This document shows positions 39,668-50,215 of a stretch of DNA of 64,000 nucleotides, piece after piece. The stretch's first letter is position 1. Every line of letters starts with the position of its first letter. The notes under the pieces were generated by a model. The model did no database searches and had not been told where the DNA came from. It worked only from the letters and a program-made list of their open reading frames with translations. The translations under genes and the position numbers were made by a program. The stretch is from Candidatus Kaiserbacteria bacterium (lineage in GTDB: Bacteria; Patescibacteriota; Minisyncoccia; Phycocordibacterales; UBA2100), in assembly GCA_003164215.1 (NCBI GenBank), contig PLSR01000003.1, positions 28,892 to 92,891 on the forward strand, read 5' to 3'.

Positions 39668-39774
39668 ACGTACATTATGTACGACAAACGGACGCACCAT
39701 GATGACATGTGTGGATAGCCGCTACCGATCGCCGTTCGTATGTATTGATCCGTGCCGTCGATCGACGGCTAACA

Positions 39775-40908
39775 CTAATCAGATGTTGAGGTAGATGAAG
39801 ATGTGCTCGCGTCTTGATATGCACCGGTCGATGTCGAGTTGTCCGAAATATCGATAGTCGGTATCGTAATACGCGCTCCAAAATCCGCCTGAGCCTGCGC
39901 CGCGATCTGCACCGCGCGCGTGCCGCGAGTCATTGCCTGAAATGCCTGGAATGCTTGTTTGAGATCTCCATGCGCCAGACTTGTTTTGCCCGCATCCATC
40001 GCCTGCTGAGTCGACGAGGCATCGATCGCCACTTGACCGGTATCCGACGCACTCGATGATGCAGATCCAATGAGATCACTGGCATCATTTAATTGCGATG
40101 CGGCAGCCTGCATCTGACTGTTTATTGCACTACCGATCGATGAGGTCGCATTCGCATTAAGCGCAGAAAATGCGGCGATTCGAGCAATGCGTGCCGAAGC
40201 CGCCTGTGCGCGCACAGCAGCCACAAGTGGCGCGATCACACTTTGAACAGTCGGACTGGTGCTGGCGAGCGCGTCGAGCACTTGTACATGCGCCGAGAGC
40301 GAAGCTTCAAGATCTGATTGAGCATCGGATGCCTGTGCGATGGCAGCGACTTGTGTCGGACTACTGGTGGCTGCCACTGTCGAAGTCGCAGCCGGCGCCG
40401 TTGTCGCGGTCGCCACACTTGCATTGAGGTTCTGCGTCACATCAGCGAGCTGTGTTTGAACTATTTGTACATTGGTCGCGGTCAAGGCGCCTGTAGCCGC
40501 AAGTTTTTCCGCTTCCTCGAGGCGTCTGTTCGCCAAGGTGACGTCCCATTGCGCCTGGGTTTCTCCGGAAGCTGTAAGTACCCGCTCGACCGGCTCGGCC
40601 ACGTTCACTTTGATGCCATACAGCGGATCGCCCGGCAATGAATTTTCCGCCGCATAGGTCGTGCCCGCCCCCGCGACCAATACGATCACGAGCGACATCG
40701 CGACGAGTCGATACCCTGTAAATGCGTGTCGTGATGAAGCCATATCCAGGACGTGCGAACTATATGAAAATGCACGTACCAAAAATGGCGCCCGCGCAGG
40801 GTGTTCATCGATGAATACTGCAAGATCGAGCCGCATTTCGGTGCGTTCTCGACCTGTAAGCGATATTGATCGATGTTTTTTTGCGAGTTTCCTTAAAAAT
40901 TCTTCCAT
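39775..40908 (-). CDS. DUF5667-like membrane-anchored protein (putative anti-sigma factor)
   Basis: TM followed by AAENSLPGDPLYGIKV and ANRRLEEA. Confidence 0.78.
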   Translation of the reverse strand: MEEFLRKLAKKHRSISLTGRERTEMRLDLAVFIDEHPARAPFLVRAFSYSSHVLDMASSRHAFTGYRLVAMSLVIVLVAGAGTTYAAENSLPGDPLYGIKVNVAEPVERVLTASGETQAQWDVTLANRRLEEAEKLAATGALTATNVQIVQTQLADVTQNLNASVATATTAPAATSTVAATSSPTQVAAIAQASDAQSDLEASLSAHVQVLDALASTSPTVQSVIAPLVAAVRAQAASARIARIAAFSALNANATSSIGSAINSQMQAAASQLNDASDLIGSASSSASDTGQVAIDASSTQQAMDAGKTSLAHGDLKQAFQAFQAMTRGTRAVQIAAQAQADFGARITIPTIDISDNSTSTGAYQDASTSSSTSTSD

Positions 40909-41043
40909 GATGTTCCGTAATACGGTGTCCGTAGAACAGGTTGCACGCTCACGATTATATCCCTTGTCCTCTATTTATGTCATCCATCATGCGCGCGCGA
41001 CACCTCCACATCATTTCGACGTATGAGAACCTCACTTCTTACT

Positions 41044-41080
41044 GCAAAAGCCCCGGCAGATCGCTCTGTCGGGGCTTTGC
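41044..41080 (-). terminator. intrinsic terminator after the RRM gene
   Basis: GCAAAAGCCCCGGCAGA-TCGC-TCTGTCGGGGCTTTGC. Confidence 0.7.
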
Positions 41081-41100
41081 GTGTACGGTTGGTTATGGAA

Positions 41101-41457
41101 TTACCAACTGCGGCCGCCGCCGCCGTTGCTACCACCGCGACTACCGCCGCCGTATCCGCCGCGATCATTGCTGCCGCCACGGTATCCGCCGCTGGTCTTC
41201 GGCCGTTCCTCCATCGGGCGCGCCTCATTTACCGTGAGGGTGCGTCCGCCGAAGTCCTTCCCGTTCCACATATCGATCGCGCTCTGCGCTTCCGAATCGG
41301 AAGACATTTCGACGAAGCCGAAACCCTTCGAGCGACCGCTCATCTTGTCCATGATGATGACGGATGACTCGACGGCACCGGCTTGCGCGAATGCGTCCTT
41401 GAGCTGATCGTCGGTCGTGCTGTAGGGCAGCCCGCCGACATAAAGCTTCTTTGCCAT
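41101..41457 (-). CDS. RRM RNA-binding protein with Gly-rich tail
   Basis: KLYVGGL (RNP2), KGFGFVEM (RNP1), LTVNEARP. Confidence 0.95.
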   Translation of the reverse strand: MAKKLYVGGLPYSTTDDQLKDAFAQAGAVESSVIIMDKMSGRSKGFGFVEMSSDSEAQSAIDMWNGKDFGGRTLTVNEARPMEERPKTSGGYRGGSNDRGGYGGGSRGGSNGGGGRSW

Positions 41458-41570
41458 GTGTAATTTCTCAGTACGTATCTGTTTCCTCTAAAAATGTAAA
41501 CCAACCATTTCCTTGCCTTCGCTTTGGAAAAATTACATTCACCGCAACATTAACCTATCCATGGCAACAG

Positions 41571-42119
41571 TCAAGGCCTTTTTGGCGGACTGTTGAAAAG
41601 TATCTTCAATCGCTCTATACCGCGATGTATTCGCACCGAGACGACGTTCTCCGATACCCCAAGCACGCGCGCGATCTCACTCGGCGACATTTCGTCGATA
41701 TAACGCAGGGTAATGACGACACGATACATCTCATCGAGAGATTCGAGTAATTTCAGTGCTTCGCGCACGCCCTGTATTTCCGCCGGATCGGTGATCGATT
41801 CGTCAACAACTTCATATCCGTTTTCCTCCACCATCACATCGAGGGACGATGTGTGTTTTCGTCTTGCGGTATCGACGATTAGATTATTGGCGACGCGGAA
41901 AAGGAATGCCTTGATATGCTCGATCTTTTTCCTATCCGACAGATAGACCCAGGTGCGCGAGAATGCCTCCTGTACGATGTCTTTCGCCCGTTCGCGGTCT
42001 CGCACGCGCAAGAGCACATGCCGGAAAAGTGCGTCCGCATGCGCCTCGTAGGCAGCCAAGAATTCTCGCTCAAGCGCTTCGGCCCATTCTTTTTGGGTAT
42101 CTTTTCTTTTTGACGCCAT
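41571..42119 (-). CDS. ECF RNA polymerase sigma factor
   Basis: AKDIVQEAF, FLFRVANNLIVD, EIARVLGVSENVVSVRIHRG. Confidence 0.93.
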   Translation of the reverse strand: MASKRKDTQKEWAEALEREFLAAYEAHADALFRHVLLRVRDRERAKDIVQEAFSRTWVYLSDRKKIEHIKAFLFRVANNLIVDTARRKHTSSLDVMVEENGYEVVDESITDPAEIQGVREALKLLESLDEMYRVVITLRYIDEMSPSEIARVLGVSENVVSVRIHRGIERLKILFNSPPKRP

Positions 42120-42199
42120 ATATAACGTTCAACGCATGTCTCACGTATCAATGATAAGTCGAAGTGGCGTATTGGAGAAGCTCCTATCGGCACGACATG

Positions 42200-43054
42200 C
42201 TACGGCAAAAACGGTGAAATGGAAAGCATGATCGAAAAAATAAGAAGCGTGATAAGCGACAGAAAAAAGACTTGTCGTGCCCATTTTGAATCATCGACCA
42301 CCGTGAATCCGCGGAAACCATATATGAGCCACCATATGCTTGCCGCTCCGACCACGAGCAGAAATACATAGCCGGTATGTGCAACGATCGCGAGCGAGGC
42401 AACGGAGAGCAAAAAGAGGACGATATATATGACAATATTCATTTTTGTGATCTTCAGACCTTTTTCGATCGGTAGTACCGGGATTTTGGCCGCGCGATAG
42501 TCAGCCAAGCGGTTCAGCGCGATCGCATAAAAATGCGGCATCTGCCATACGACGAGTATCAGAAAGAGAAGAAGTCCGGTCGCATCGACACGGTCGGTGA
42601 ACGCCGTATAACCGACAAGTATCGGCACAGCTCCCGAAACACTTCCGACCAATGTTCCCCAATGACCCGCGCGTTTGGTATATGAGTACAGGATGACGTA
42701 AAAAATGAATCCGACGCCGGCGATACATGCCGCAAGAACGTTCACCTCAAAGATCATGAGGCAAAATCCGATGATCCCAAGACACGTCGCGTAAACGAGA
42801 GCGGCGCGATTTGAAATACTTCCGACGACGAGCGCACGACCTCTCGTCCGTTCCATCTTGCCGTCGATAACTCGATCGATGTAATTATTGAACACACATG
42901 CCGATGCGATGACGAGCGCGAGCCCCATTACCGTCATCACGAGCAAAAGCGGATCAATATGCCACCGCGATGCAAAGAGGAACGCCGCGAGCGTCGTAAT
43001 GATATTCCCGTAGACAATTCCCGGCTTGGCGAGATCATAGAAGCGTTTGAACAT
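42200..43054 (-). CDS. cyoE: heme o synthase (protoheme IX farnesyltransferase)
   Basis: LAKPGI, NNYIDRVIDGKMERTRGR, WQMPHF. Confidence 0.95.
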   Translation of the reverse strand: MFKRFYDLAKPGIVYGNIITTLAAFLFASRWHIDPLLLVMTVMGLALVIASACVFNNYIDRVIDGKMERTRGRALVVGSISNRAALVYATCLGIIGFCLMIFEVNVLAACIAGVGFIFYVILYSYTKRAGHWGTLVGSVSGAVPILVGYTAFTDRVDATGLLLFLILVVWQMPHFYAIALNRLADYRAAKIPVLPIEKGLKITKMNIVIYIVLFLLSVASLAIVAHTGYVFLLVVGAASIWWLIYGFRGFTVVDDSKWARQVFFLSLITLLIFSIMLSISPFLP

Positions 43055-43062
43055 AATGGCGG

Positions 43063-43458
43063 TTATATCCCCTGTTGATCCTGCATATATTGTTCCATCT
43101 GCGACGGGTCAGCCATCATGCGTTCATTGAGGTGCGTCATGATCCACAGAGATCCGACGACCAGAATGAGAACGATCACGAGAATGGCACCGAGCGCGAT
43201 AAGACGTTCACGCGAGGCAGAAGCCGAGTCAAGATGCAAGAAGCACATGATCTGCACGATGAATTGCACGCCTGCGAGTGATAGCAGAACGACAATGAGC
43301 GGCGAAGCCTGCAACAGGCGATCCACTGCGGTCACATATGCTACGAGTGTGATTATGAGCGAAAGCACGAACCCGATCACATACGAACGCGCGAGTGTAC
43401 GGAAATCTCTCGGCCAAGCGCCGATCTCTTCGAAATAATGTTTGATGTGGTCGGTCAT
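43063..43458 (-). CDS. cyoD: cytochrome o ubiquinol oxidase subunit IV
   Basis: YVIGFVLSLIIT, VQIMCFLH, VVGSLWIM. Confidence 0.93.
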   Translation of the reverse strand: MTDHIKHYFEEIGAWPRDFRTLARSYVIGFVLSLIITLVAYVTAVDRLLQASPLIVVLLSLAGVQFIVQIMCFLHLDSASASRERLIALGAILVIVLILVVGSLWIMTHLNERMMADPSQMEQYMQDQQGI

Positions 43459-43462
43459 ATTT

Positions 43463-44086
43463 TTAATTGATCCCCATCATATAGACAATCGTGAAAATGA
43501 ATATCCAAACGATGTCGAGAAAATGCCAGAACAGGCTCATGAGCATCAGCTTGCGAAGATTGCCACGAGTCAGTCCACGCATCACGATCGAAGTCGTTAG
43601 TACGATCATCCAGACGACGCCGAGCGCTACATGCAGCCCGTGCGTGCCGACAAGCGTGAAATACGATGAAAGGAATCCGCTCGTCTGCCATCCAACGCCG
43701 CCCGCGACGAGCCGTCCGAATTCGGAAAGTTCCATGGCAACGAACGATGCGCCCAAAAGTGCAGTTACACCGAGCCAAAACACGACGAATCGCTTGCTAT
43801 TTTTGTGAGCTGAAAGTAGCGCAAGCCCGCAGGTGAAGCTGCTCGACAAAAGCAAGATCGTTTCAGTGAGGATATATGGCGCGTTGAAGATGTCTTTCCC
43901 TGCAGGTCCGCCGAATGTGTTGCCGCGCAAAACTGCATAGACCGCAAAGAGGCTCGCGAAGAGCACGAAGTCCGTCATCAGGAACATCCAGAAGCCGAAG
44001 ACTGTCGTATTATCGGCGGCACGAGATTCGATAGGAAGCTTCTCGTTCCCTATGGTCAATGATTCATGTGCTATAGAGCTTTTCAT
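43463..44086 (-). CDS. cyoC: cytochrome o ubiquinol oxidase subunit III
   Basis: [27 protein letters not shown]. Confidence 0.95.
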   Translation of the reverse strand: MKSSIAHESLTIGNEKLPIESRAADNTTVFGFWMFLMTDFVLFASLFAVYAVLRGNTFGGPAGKDIFNAPYILTETILLLSSSFTCGLALLSAHKNSKRFVVFWLGVTALLGASFVAMELSEFGRLVAGGVGWQTSGFLSSYFTLVGTHGLHVALGVVWMIVLTTSIVMRGLTRGNLRKLMLMSLFWHFLDIVWIFIFTIVYMMGIN

Positions 44087-46068
44087 ATAGTTGCGTGGCG
44101 ACTATGATGTGCCGCTTCATGGACGCGTATGTGTTCCGCCGAGATGATCTCTTCAGTATCGTCGTCAAACATGCGCAACAGCATCGAAACAAATTCGCCG
44201 ATGAGTCCAAGGATCGCGAGCCACCAGATGTGCCACACGATCCCGAAGCCAATGAGGAAAACGAATCCCGCTATGAAAATTCCGATCGCCGAATTTCTCG
44301 GCATGACGATATCTTCGTAACGATGCGCGGCAACGGTCCCCGATTGTTTCGCAGTCCAGAACGCATCACGTCCGTGTACGACTGGCAGCACGGCGAAGTT
44401 ATATGCGGGCGGCGGCGAAGAGGTCGACCATTCAAGCGATCTGCCGCCCCACGGATCTCCCGTCGTATCGCGATTCTTGTGCCGATTCTTGATGCTTACG
44501 TACATCTGGATCACTTGGCATATAAGTCCGAGACCAATGATCGCGGCTCCGATCCCTGCGACGATGAACAAGGGCTGCCATCCGAGATTTGCAGCGTAGT
44601 GATCGAGGCGGCGCGTCGCACCCATGAATCCGAGAATATACAGTGGGCCGAAGGCAAGAATGAAACCGACAAGCCATGCCCAAAATGCACGTTTGCCCCA
44701 GCGTTCATCGAGTGTGAATCCGAATATCTTTGGGAACCAAAAAGTGAAACCCGCGAAGTAGCCGAAAAGGACGCCGCTCACGATCATCGTATGGAAATGC
44801 GCGACGAGAAAGAGGCTGTTGTGCAGTTGGAAATCCGCCGCAGGCTCGGCGAGCAACACTCCCGCTACACCACCCAAAGTGAAGAGGACGACGAAGCCCA
44901 TGAACCAGAGCATCGGCGACGTGAATCGAATGCGTCCGCGATACATCGTGAAGAGCCAGTTGAATATCTTCACACCCGTCGGTATCGCGATCACTGCCGT
45001 CATTATGCCGAAGAACGCGTTCACGTCGCCGCCCGCGCCCATGGTGAAGAAGTGATGCAGCCACACGGTGAACGAAAGGAACACGATCGCGATGACCGAG
45101 AGCACCATCGAGGTATAGCCGGCAAGTTTCTTTCCCGAGAATACCGGAACGACTTCGGAGAATATCCCGAATGCCGGCAAGATCAAGATATAAACTTCCG
45201 GATGACCCCACGCCCAGATGAGGTTCACGTACATCATCATGTTGCCTCCACCGCCCGCAGTGAAGAAGTGCATACCGAGTGTGCGATCGAGCGCAAGCAA
45301 CGCCAAAGTCGCGGTCAAGATCGGAAATGCGAATACGACGAGCGACATCGCCCCGAGGACCGTCCAGCTGAACATCGGCATGCGCATAAAGGTCATGCCG
45401 GACGCGCGATTCTTGACGATCGTGACAAGAAAATTGATGCCACTAAGCAGACTTCCGAGCCCGCCGATCTGCAGGCTCCATATCCAATAATCGACGCCCG
45501 AGGTCGGGCTGAACGCGAGCTCGGAAAGCGGCGGATACGAGAGCCAGCCCGCCGTCGAGAAATCACCCACGATGAGCGAGAGATTGATGAGCGCGGCGCC
45601 AGCGACGAAGAGCCAGAAACTCACTGAATTCAAGAAGGGGAACGCGACGTCGCGCGAGCCGATCTGCAACGGCACGACGAGATTGATAAGGCCGAACATG
45701 AGCCCCATCGCGACGAAGAAGATCATGATGGAACCGTGCGCCGAGAAGATCTGTTGGAAATGGCTCGCGCTTAATATTCCCTGTGATGCGCCGACGGATG
45801 TCGCCTGTTGTGCACGCATCAGGAATGCATCTGCACTGCCGCGCACGAGCATGACGACCGATACCGCGATGTACATCACGCCGATCTTCTTGGGGTCGAG
45901 CGAGGTGAACCAATGCTTCCACAGGTAACCCCATTTTTTGTAGTAGGTAATAAGGAAAATTATGGCAAAGCCGACGAGCACCATGAATATGCCTCCGCCC
46001 ATAGCTATCGGGCTTTGCGGAAAGACCGACCACGAGAGCTTGCCAAATATGAATTCAGTCCAGTTCAT
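44083..46068 (-). CDS. cyoB: cytochrome o ubiquinol oxidase subunit I
   Basis: [26 protein letters not shown]; start MNWTEF at 46068 overlaps the cyoA stop. Confidence 0.97.
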   Translation of the reverse strand: MNWTEFIFGKLSWSVFPQSPIAMGGGIFMVLVGFAIIFLITYYKKWGYLWKHWFTSLDPKKIGVMYIAVSVVMLVRGSADAFLMRAQQATSVGASQGILSASHFQQIFSAHGSIMIFFVAMGLMFGLINLVVPLQIGSRDVAFPFLNSVSFWLFVAGAALINLSLIVGDFSTAGWLSYPPLSELAFSPTSGVDYWIWSLQIGGLGSLLSGINFLVTIVKNRASGMTFMRMPMFSWTVLGAMSLVVFAFPILTATLALLALDRTLGMHFFTAGGGGNMMMYVNLIWAWGHPEVYILILPAFGIFSEVVPVFSGKKLAGYTSMVLSVIAIVFLSFTVWLHHFFTMGAGGDVNAFFGIMTAVIAIPTGVKIFNWLFTMYRGRIRFTSPMLWFMGFVVLFTLGGVAGVLLAEPAADFQLHNSLFLVAHFHTMIVSGVLFGYFAGFTFWFPKIFGFTLDERWGKRAFWAWLVGFILAFGPLYILGFMGATRRLDHYAANLGWQPLFIVAGIGAAIIGLGLICQVIQMYVSIKNRHKNRDTTGDPWGGRSLEWSTSSPPPAYNFAVLPVVHGRDAFWTAKQSGTVAAHRYEDIVMPRNSAIGIFIAGFVFLIGFGIVWHIWWLAILGLIGEFVSMLLRMFDDDTEEIISAEHIRVHEAAHHSRHATI

Positions 46069-47021
46069 TGCATTGGTGCGTCGCCCATTGGCATATTCAT
46101 GCCGTTCATATCGTTTGAAGATGCCGACGTCGGTGCCAGCGTCGCAGCCATATCCGCCGCTGACATATATTTCATGGTGATCGCAGTATACAGGCTCGCA
46201 TCTATTGGCGCATAGATCGCAACGGCGTTGTACGTGCTCGGCGCAACGAGAGACGCGTATACGGCATTTGTGAGCGGCGTTGATGATGCCTTTACGCCGT
46301 TGATCCATGATTCAAAATCACTCTCTGAAACCGCGTGCACAGCAAATGTCATCCCTGCGAATCCCGCTCCACTGATGTTTCCCGAGACGCCGTTGAATAC
46401 GCCCGCATTGCTTGCGAGCAGATTAAGCTGGGTCGTCATGCCCGGCATGACCATGATCTGGCCGCCCAAGGCCGGTATCCAAAACGAATTCATCGGCGCG
46501 TCGGCGGTCAATTCAAAATGGACCGGACTGTTCACCGGGATCTCAAGATAATTGACCGTTGCGATACCCTCCTCCGGATAAATGAAAAGCCATTTCCAAT
46601 CGAGCGCGACGACTTGGATCGTCATCGGTGCATTCGATCCCTTAAGCGGCACATACGGATCAAGCGCATGCGCGCTCTGCCACGCGACGACGGCCAATAC
46701 CGCAATGATCGCCGTCGGTGCGAGCCACCACGAAAATTCGAGCCATGCGCTCGAGTGATCCCATTCGGGGCGATGATGTTTGGCGGTCTCCGGATTGGAT
46801 GCGCGATATTTCCAGGCGAACCAAAAGAGAAGCACGAAGACCGGCACGACGATGATCGCGCACAAGAGCAACGTGATATACATCACTGACAGTTCCCCAC
46901 TGGCGACCGGCCCCTGCGGCTCAAGCACCGGAATATTCGCTCCGTGCAAATACGCGACCGTCGCCCACACCGCCGCGACAAGAGCCAGCACCACTGCCAC
47001 GATGAATGATCGGTTCATCAT
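46065..47021 (-). CDS. cyoA: ubiquinol oxidase subunit II
   Basis: [36 protein letters not shown]; no CuA ligands. Confidence 0.95.
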   Translation of the reverse strand: MMNRSFIVAVVLALVAAVWATVAYLHGANIPVLEPQGPVASGELSVMYITLLLCAIIVVPVFVLLFWFAWKYRASNPETAKHHRPEWDHSSAWLEFSWWLAPTAIIAVLAVVAWQSAHALDPYVPLKGSNAPMTIQVVALDWKWLFIYPEEGIATVNYLEIPVNSPVHFELTADAPMNSFWIPALGGQIMVMPGMTTQLNLLASNAGVFNGVSGNISGAGFAGMTFAVHAVSESDFESWINGVKASSTPLTNAVYASLVAPSTYNAVAIYAPIDASLYTAITMKYMSAADMAATLAPTSASSNDMNGMNMPMGDAPMQ

Positions 47022-47045
47022 TGTGGGATTAAGTGTAGCATCCAA

Positions 47046-47570
47046 CTAATCATCATCCCCCACATTATTATCTTCCCTATTACCCGATTCAACATGCGAC
47101 CTGACAATCGAAGATAATTCTGCCCATTCGTTTTCTGAAAGCAACCGCCTCGGAAACATTATGAATTGCCGATCTGAAACGTAGAGAAGAAGCACTTTGT
47201 TATCTTGCACAAAACGCACATACGCTTTCCAATAAGCCTCGCCAGTACCTATTTCTGGAGTGTCTGTATGAACACCCATTTCTGTGATCTCGAAATTATG
47301 CTGAACTCGCAGACTAGGGGCCCTTTGGAAGGCGTTCTTGGTTTTAAAACGCAAATAAATATATGGGAACGTCAAAAGATAACCGCTGACAATGAGTTCT
47401 AAAATCCCCATCGAAACTGCAAAAGCGTTGCCGAGAAATAGAAATACTATTCCAATAACAAGAAAGACTACACCAAAAACTATCGGGATAAACCTCCACC
47501 TGTAATATGAATAAAATAACCTCTACGCATCATAATAATCTTTCTCCGTATATTGTAGGCTCAACTTCAT
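47046..47570 (-). pseudogene. YcxB-like membrane protein with an in-frame TAG at codon 16
   Basis: MKLSLQYTEKDYYDA*RLFYSYYRWR...; frame continues open to W...LLLYVSDRQFIMFPRR (YcxB-like C-terminus). Confidence 0.6.
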
Positions 47571-47627
47571 AGAATCTAGGAAAAATGGTTTTAAGTCCCT
47601 TTCCCTCGTAAAGAAGTATAATACGGC

Positions 47628-48203
47628 ATGGTTAACGACGCGAACTGCATTATCATTCACGGCTGTCCTTCGAGCCCAGAGGGTCAAATAAATATTCAGA
47701 CTCGCTCATACGACAAGCACTGGATCCCGTGGGTTCGGGAGCAATTGAACGAGCAGGGCGTCCCGACGATATCGCCGCGAATGCCGGATCCCTGGGCGCC
47801 GGATTATGACGCTTATCGGAAAGAATTCGAGAAGTATCCGATCTCGGGGAAAACAATTCTCATCGGACATAGTTGCGGGTGCGCTTTTCTCGTTCGCTGG
47901 CTCGGCGACTCAAAACAAAAGATAGATACCTTGGTACTCGTCGCACCGTGGAAAATTCCGAAGGAGGGCGATACAGGCCGCAAAGCGTTTTACGATTATC
48001 CGATCGACGAGACGATCAAATCGCGTGTCCGCAAGATCGTGATGTTCACGTCAGATAACGATGAGGAGGACGGTAAAAGAAGCCTGAAAATTTTCCATGC
48101 TGCGCTTGGCGGGAAAATTGTAAATCTGCACGGCAAAGGCCACTACATCGGCCAGGATATGGGCAATCAAGAGTTTCCAGAACTGCTCAAGGAACTGGAT
48201 TAG
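47628..48203 (+). CDS. RBBP9/YdeN-family alpha/beta hydrolase
   Basis: IIIHG, HWIPWV, LIGHSCG, SDND, KGHY. Confidence 0.9.
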   Translation: MVNDANCIIIHGCPSSPEGQINIQTRSYDKHWIPWVREQLNEQGVPTISPRMPDPWAPDYDAYRKEFEKYPISGKTILIGHSCGCAFLVRWLGDSKQKIDTLVLVAPWKIPKEGDTGRKAFYDYPIDETIKSRVRKIVMFTSDNDEEDGKRSLKIFHAALGGKIVNLHGKGHYIGQDMGNQEFPELLKELD

Positions 48204-48411
48204 CAAAGTGGATAAACTCGATTCCAAAAAAAGCGCCTCGACAATTGCCGAGGCGAAAAGAAGTGGACAGAGTTATTTAGGCGCCCCTGCCGAAGCAGCT
48301 TCACCCCTTGCGGGAAGGTCACTGTCATGCCCTGTCCTCATATATCGTAAATCCTTTGCGGCAAATTGCAAAGGACTTATTGCTGACATCTACATTGCAA
48401 ATGTAGCGCTC

Positions 48412-48446
48412 CCCGCCCGAACAACTGAATCGTTCAGTCGGGCGGG
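48412..48446. repeat. GC-rich REP-like hairpin CCCGCCCGA...TCGGGCGGG
   Basis: 9-bp inverted arms with inner CTGAA/TTCAG stem; related hairpin at about 48787-48815. Confidence 0.6.
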
Positions 48447-48463
48447 TACCAACTGAACTCATG

Positions 48464-48536
48464 TGGACCGTGCCGGTTTCGAACCGGCTACCTCCGCATT
48501 GCAAATGCGGCGCTCTACCAATTGAGCTAACGGCCC
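48464..48536 (-). tRNA. tRNA-Ala(TGC)
   Basis: Cloverleaf GGGCCGT/ACGGTCC with G3:U70, anticodon TGC, TTCGA T-loop; CCA not encoded. Confidence 0.96.
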
Positions 48537-48772
48537 ATTAGTTTATCTTTAAGAAAACGACGGCCTGCGGCCGATTTGAAATACAACTCTCGTTTTCTTG
48601 CCTGCTCAAAGGTATCAAAATTCTCCGTATATGCAACAACGAAATCTTTCATTCTCGAGGTAGTTCGCGTGTGGCCGCTTCGGTGATCCTTCAAACGTTG
48701 CTGAAGATCGGATGTCATCCCTTTATATAATTTACCATCAACATCTTTTAAAACGTACGTGGTGAATTTCAT
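48527..48772 (-). CDS. small GIY-YIG nuclease
   Basis: TYVLKD...LYKGMTSDLQQRLKDH...ARKRELYFKS. Confidence 0.88.
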   Translation of the reverse strand: MKFTTYVLKDVDGKLYKGMTSDLQQRLKDHRSGHTRTTSRMKDFVVAYTENFDTFEQARKRELYFKSAAGRRFLKDKLMGR

Positions 48773-48830
48773 GCATCGCGCTCCTTGCCCGAATCGAGCT
48801 GTAAGCTCGGGCGGGCCCGCCTGTATGACT

Positions 48831-49805
48831 TTAGCGTCGCTCGCGCGCAAGTCGGATAGCGTGTTCGAGGAATTCGGGGACCGAAGAGCCGACACTTTCG
48901 AGCATCGGCGGGAATGAGGCGCCCTCGTAGAGCCCGGGCACGGAATTGACCTCCAAGAGATACGTCGTGCGCGGCGTTTTGATCATGTCAGCGCGGGAAA
49001 AATGATCCATGCCCAGGGCTTGATGAGCTCTCCTTGCCAGCTCCATGATCTGCGCCTTTTCTTCATGCGTGAAGTGCGACGGGACTTCATGCTGGAGCAG
49101 CGCGTCGTGATGATGGCGATTCTCGATGAATCGCGAGCCGTCGGGGATCTTTTGATACGACGGCGGCAGCGCATAGAGCTCTTCGTTGCGGAAATCTTCG
49201 ATGACACCCGCGCTTACATGCTCACCGCGAATGAATTGTTCAACGAGCGCCGCACCGTATGCATCCAACACGTCGCCGATCGCATCGGGAAGATCGATCA
49301 CACCGTCCACGATCTTGATACCATTCGATGCGCCCTCGCTCGCCGGCTTAACGATATAGGGCGGCCCGAAATTCACGAATGCGGCGCGTGCCATTTCTGC
49401 GGTATCGAGATCGTCGTTCAGAGAAAAGGCAACGAAGCCTGGCATACGGATTCCGGCCTCCTCAAGCAATTCATGCGCACGGACTTTATTCATCGACGAT
49501 GCGGCACCTCGCGCGCCACTGCCCGCGTACGGGACGCCGGTCGTATCGAGGAATCGCTGAACGGTGCCATCCTCGCCCATGCCGCCATGGAGCGCGTTCA
49601 AGACGACATCAACCTGTTGCAATGCACGTGCTGACGGCACCGGCATACCGCGCATGTGCCAGATACCACGCTTGTCGATGAAGATATCGCGTGTGTCGTA
49701 GCGATCTTCCGGAAGACCAGCCAGCATCGCGGCACCCGTTTTGAGCGAAAGATCATATTCGCTCGAAGTTCCTCCGCGCAAGACGCCGACTATCGTGCGT
49801 GCCAT
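48831..49805 (-). CDS. ddl: D-alanine--D-alanine ligase
   Basis: GGTSSEYDLSL, LHGGMGEDG, IVKP, LEVNSVPG. Confidence 0.92.
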   Translation of the reverse strand: MARTIVGVLRGGTSSEYDLSLKTGAAMLAGLPEDRYDTRDIFIDKRGIWHMRGMPVPSARALQQVDVVLNALHGGMGEDGTVQRFLDTTGVPYAGSGARGAASSMNKVRAHELLEEAGIRMPGFVAFSLNDDLDTAEMARAAFVNFGPPYIVKPASEGASNGIKIVDGVIDLPDAIGDVLDAYGAALVEQFIRGEHVSAGVIEDFRNEELYALPPSYQKIPDGSRFIENRHHHDALLQHEVPSHFTHEEKAQIMELARRAHQALGMDHFSRADMIKTPRTTYLLEVNSVPGLYEGASFPPMLESVGSSVPEFLEHAIRLARERR

Positions 49806-49877
49806 GGGGGAATTATATCATTAAAGGAACGAGCGCCAGTGGAGGCGCTCGTAGTTTCGGGGCGGACATTGATCTGT

Positions 49878-50174
49878 TCATTTGTCCTTGACATGGATGC
49901 GTGTTCCGCACGTACACACGACATCGCGACCGCTCCAGACAGAGTGGAACGTGTTGCATGTCGGGCAGTCGTACGCGATCCTCCAGTGATCGAGCCACAC
50001 CGTGACCTCATAGCGACGCCGTTCGAGCTGAGCGGACACTTCCTGCCGCGGATGAAGACGGGCATACGTCGTCCGACGATGCCCATCCAGCTGGGCTTTA
50101 TTGAGCGGCTTACCGCCGCAGTTGTTGCAGTGATAGCGATCGCGCGCTCGCGGTGAAAAGGTACATTCCAACAT
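49878..50174 (-). CDS. hypothetical Cys-rich (zinc ribbon) protein
   Basis: CNNC, CPTC, CTC motifs; fills the intergenic gap in operon direction. Confidence 0.5.
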   Translation of the reverse strand: MLECTFSPRARDRYHCNNCGGKPLNKAQLDGHRRTTYARLHPRQEVSAQLERRRYEVTVWLDHWRIAYDCPTCNTFHSVWSGRDVVCTCGTRIHVKDK

Positions 50175-50215
50175 TGGTATCTCCTATTCGTTGGTTGGGA
50201 GTTTATACATTATAT

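Noticed and set aside
39754-39769. 16-bp perfect palindrome GCCGTCGATCGACGGC
   Set aside because: Single short copy just after a stop codon with no related copies seen; not enough to assign a function.
44095-45627. 510-aa plus-strand ORF, and similar long antisense ORFs such as 30515-31504 and 58354-59115
   Set aside because: They are antisense shadows of well-supported genes (cyoB, the sigma-like protein, tgt) with no recognisable motifs.
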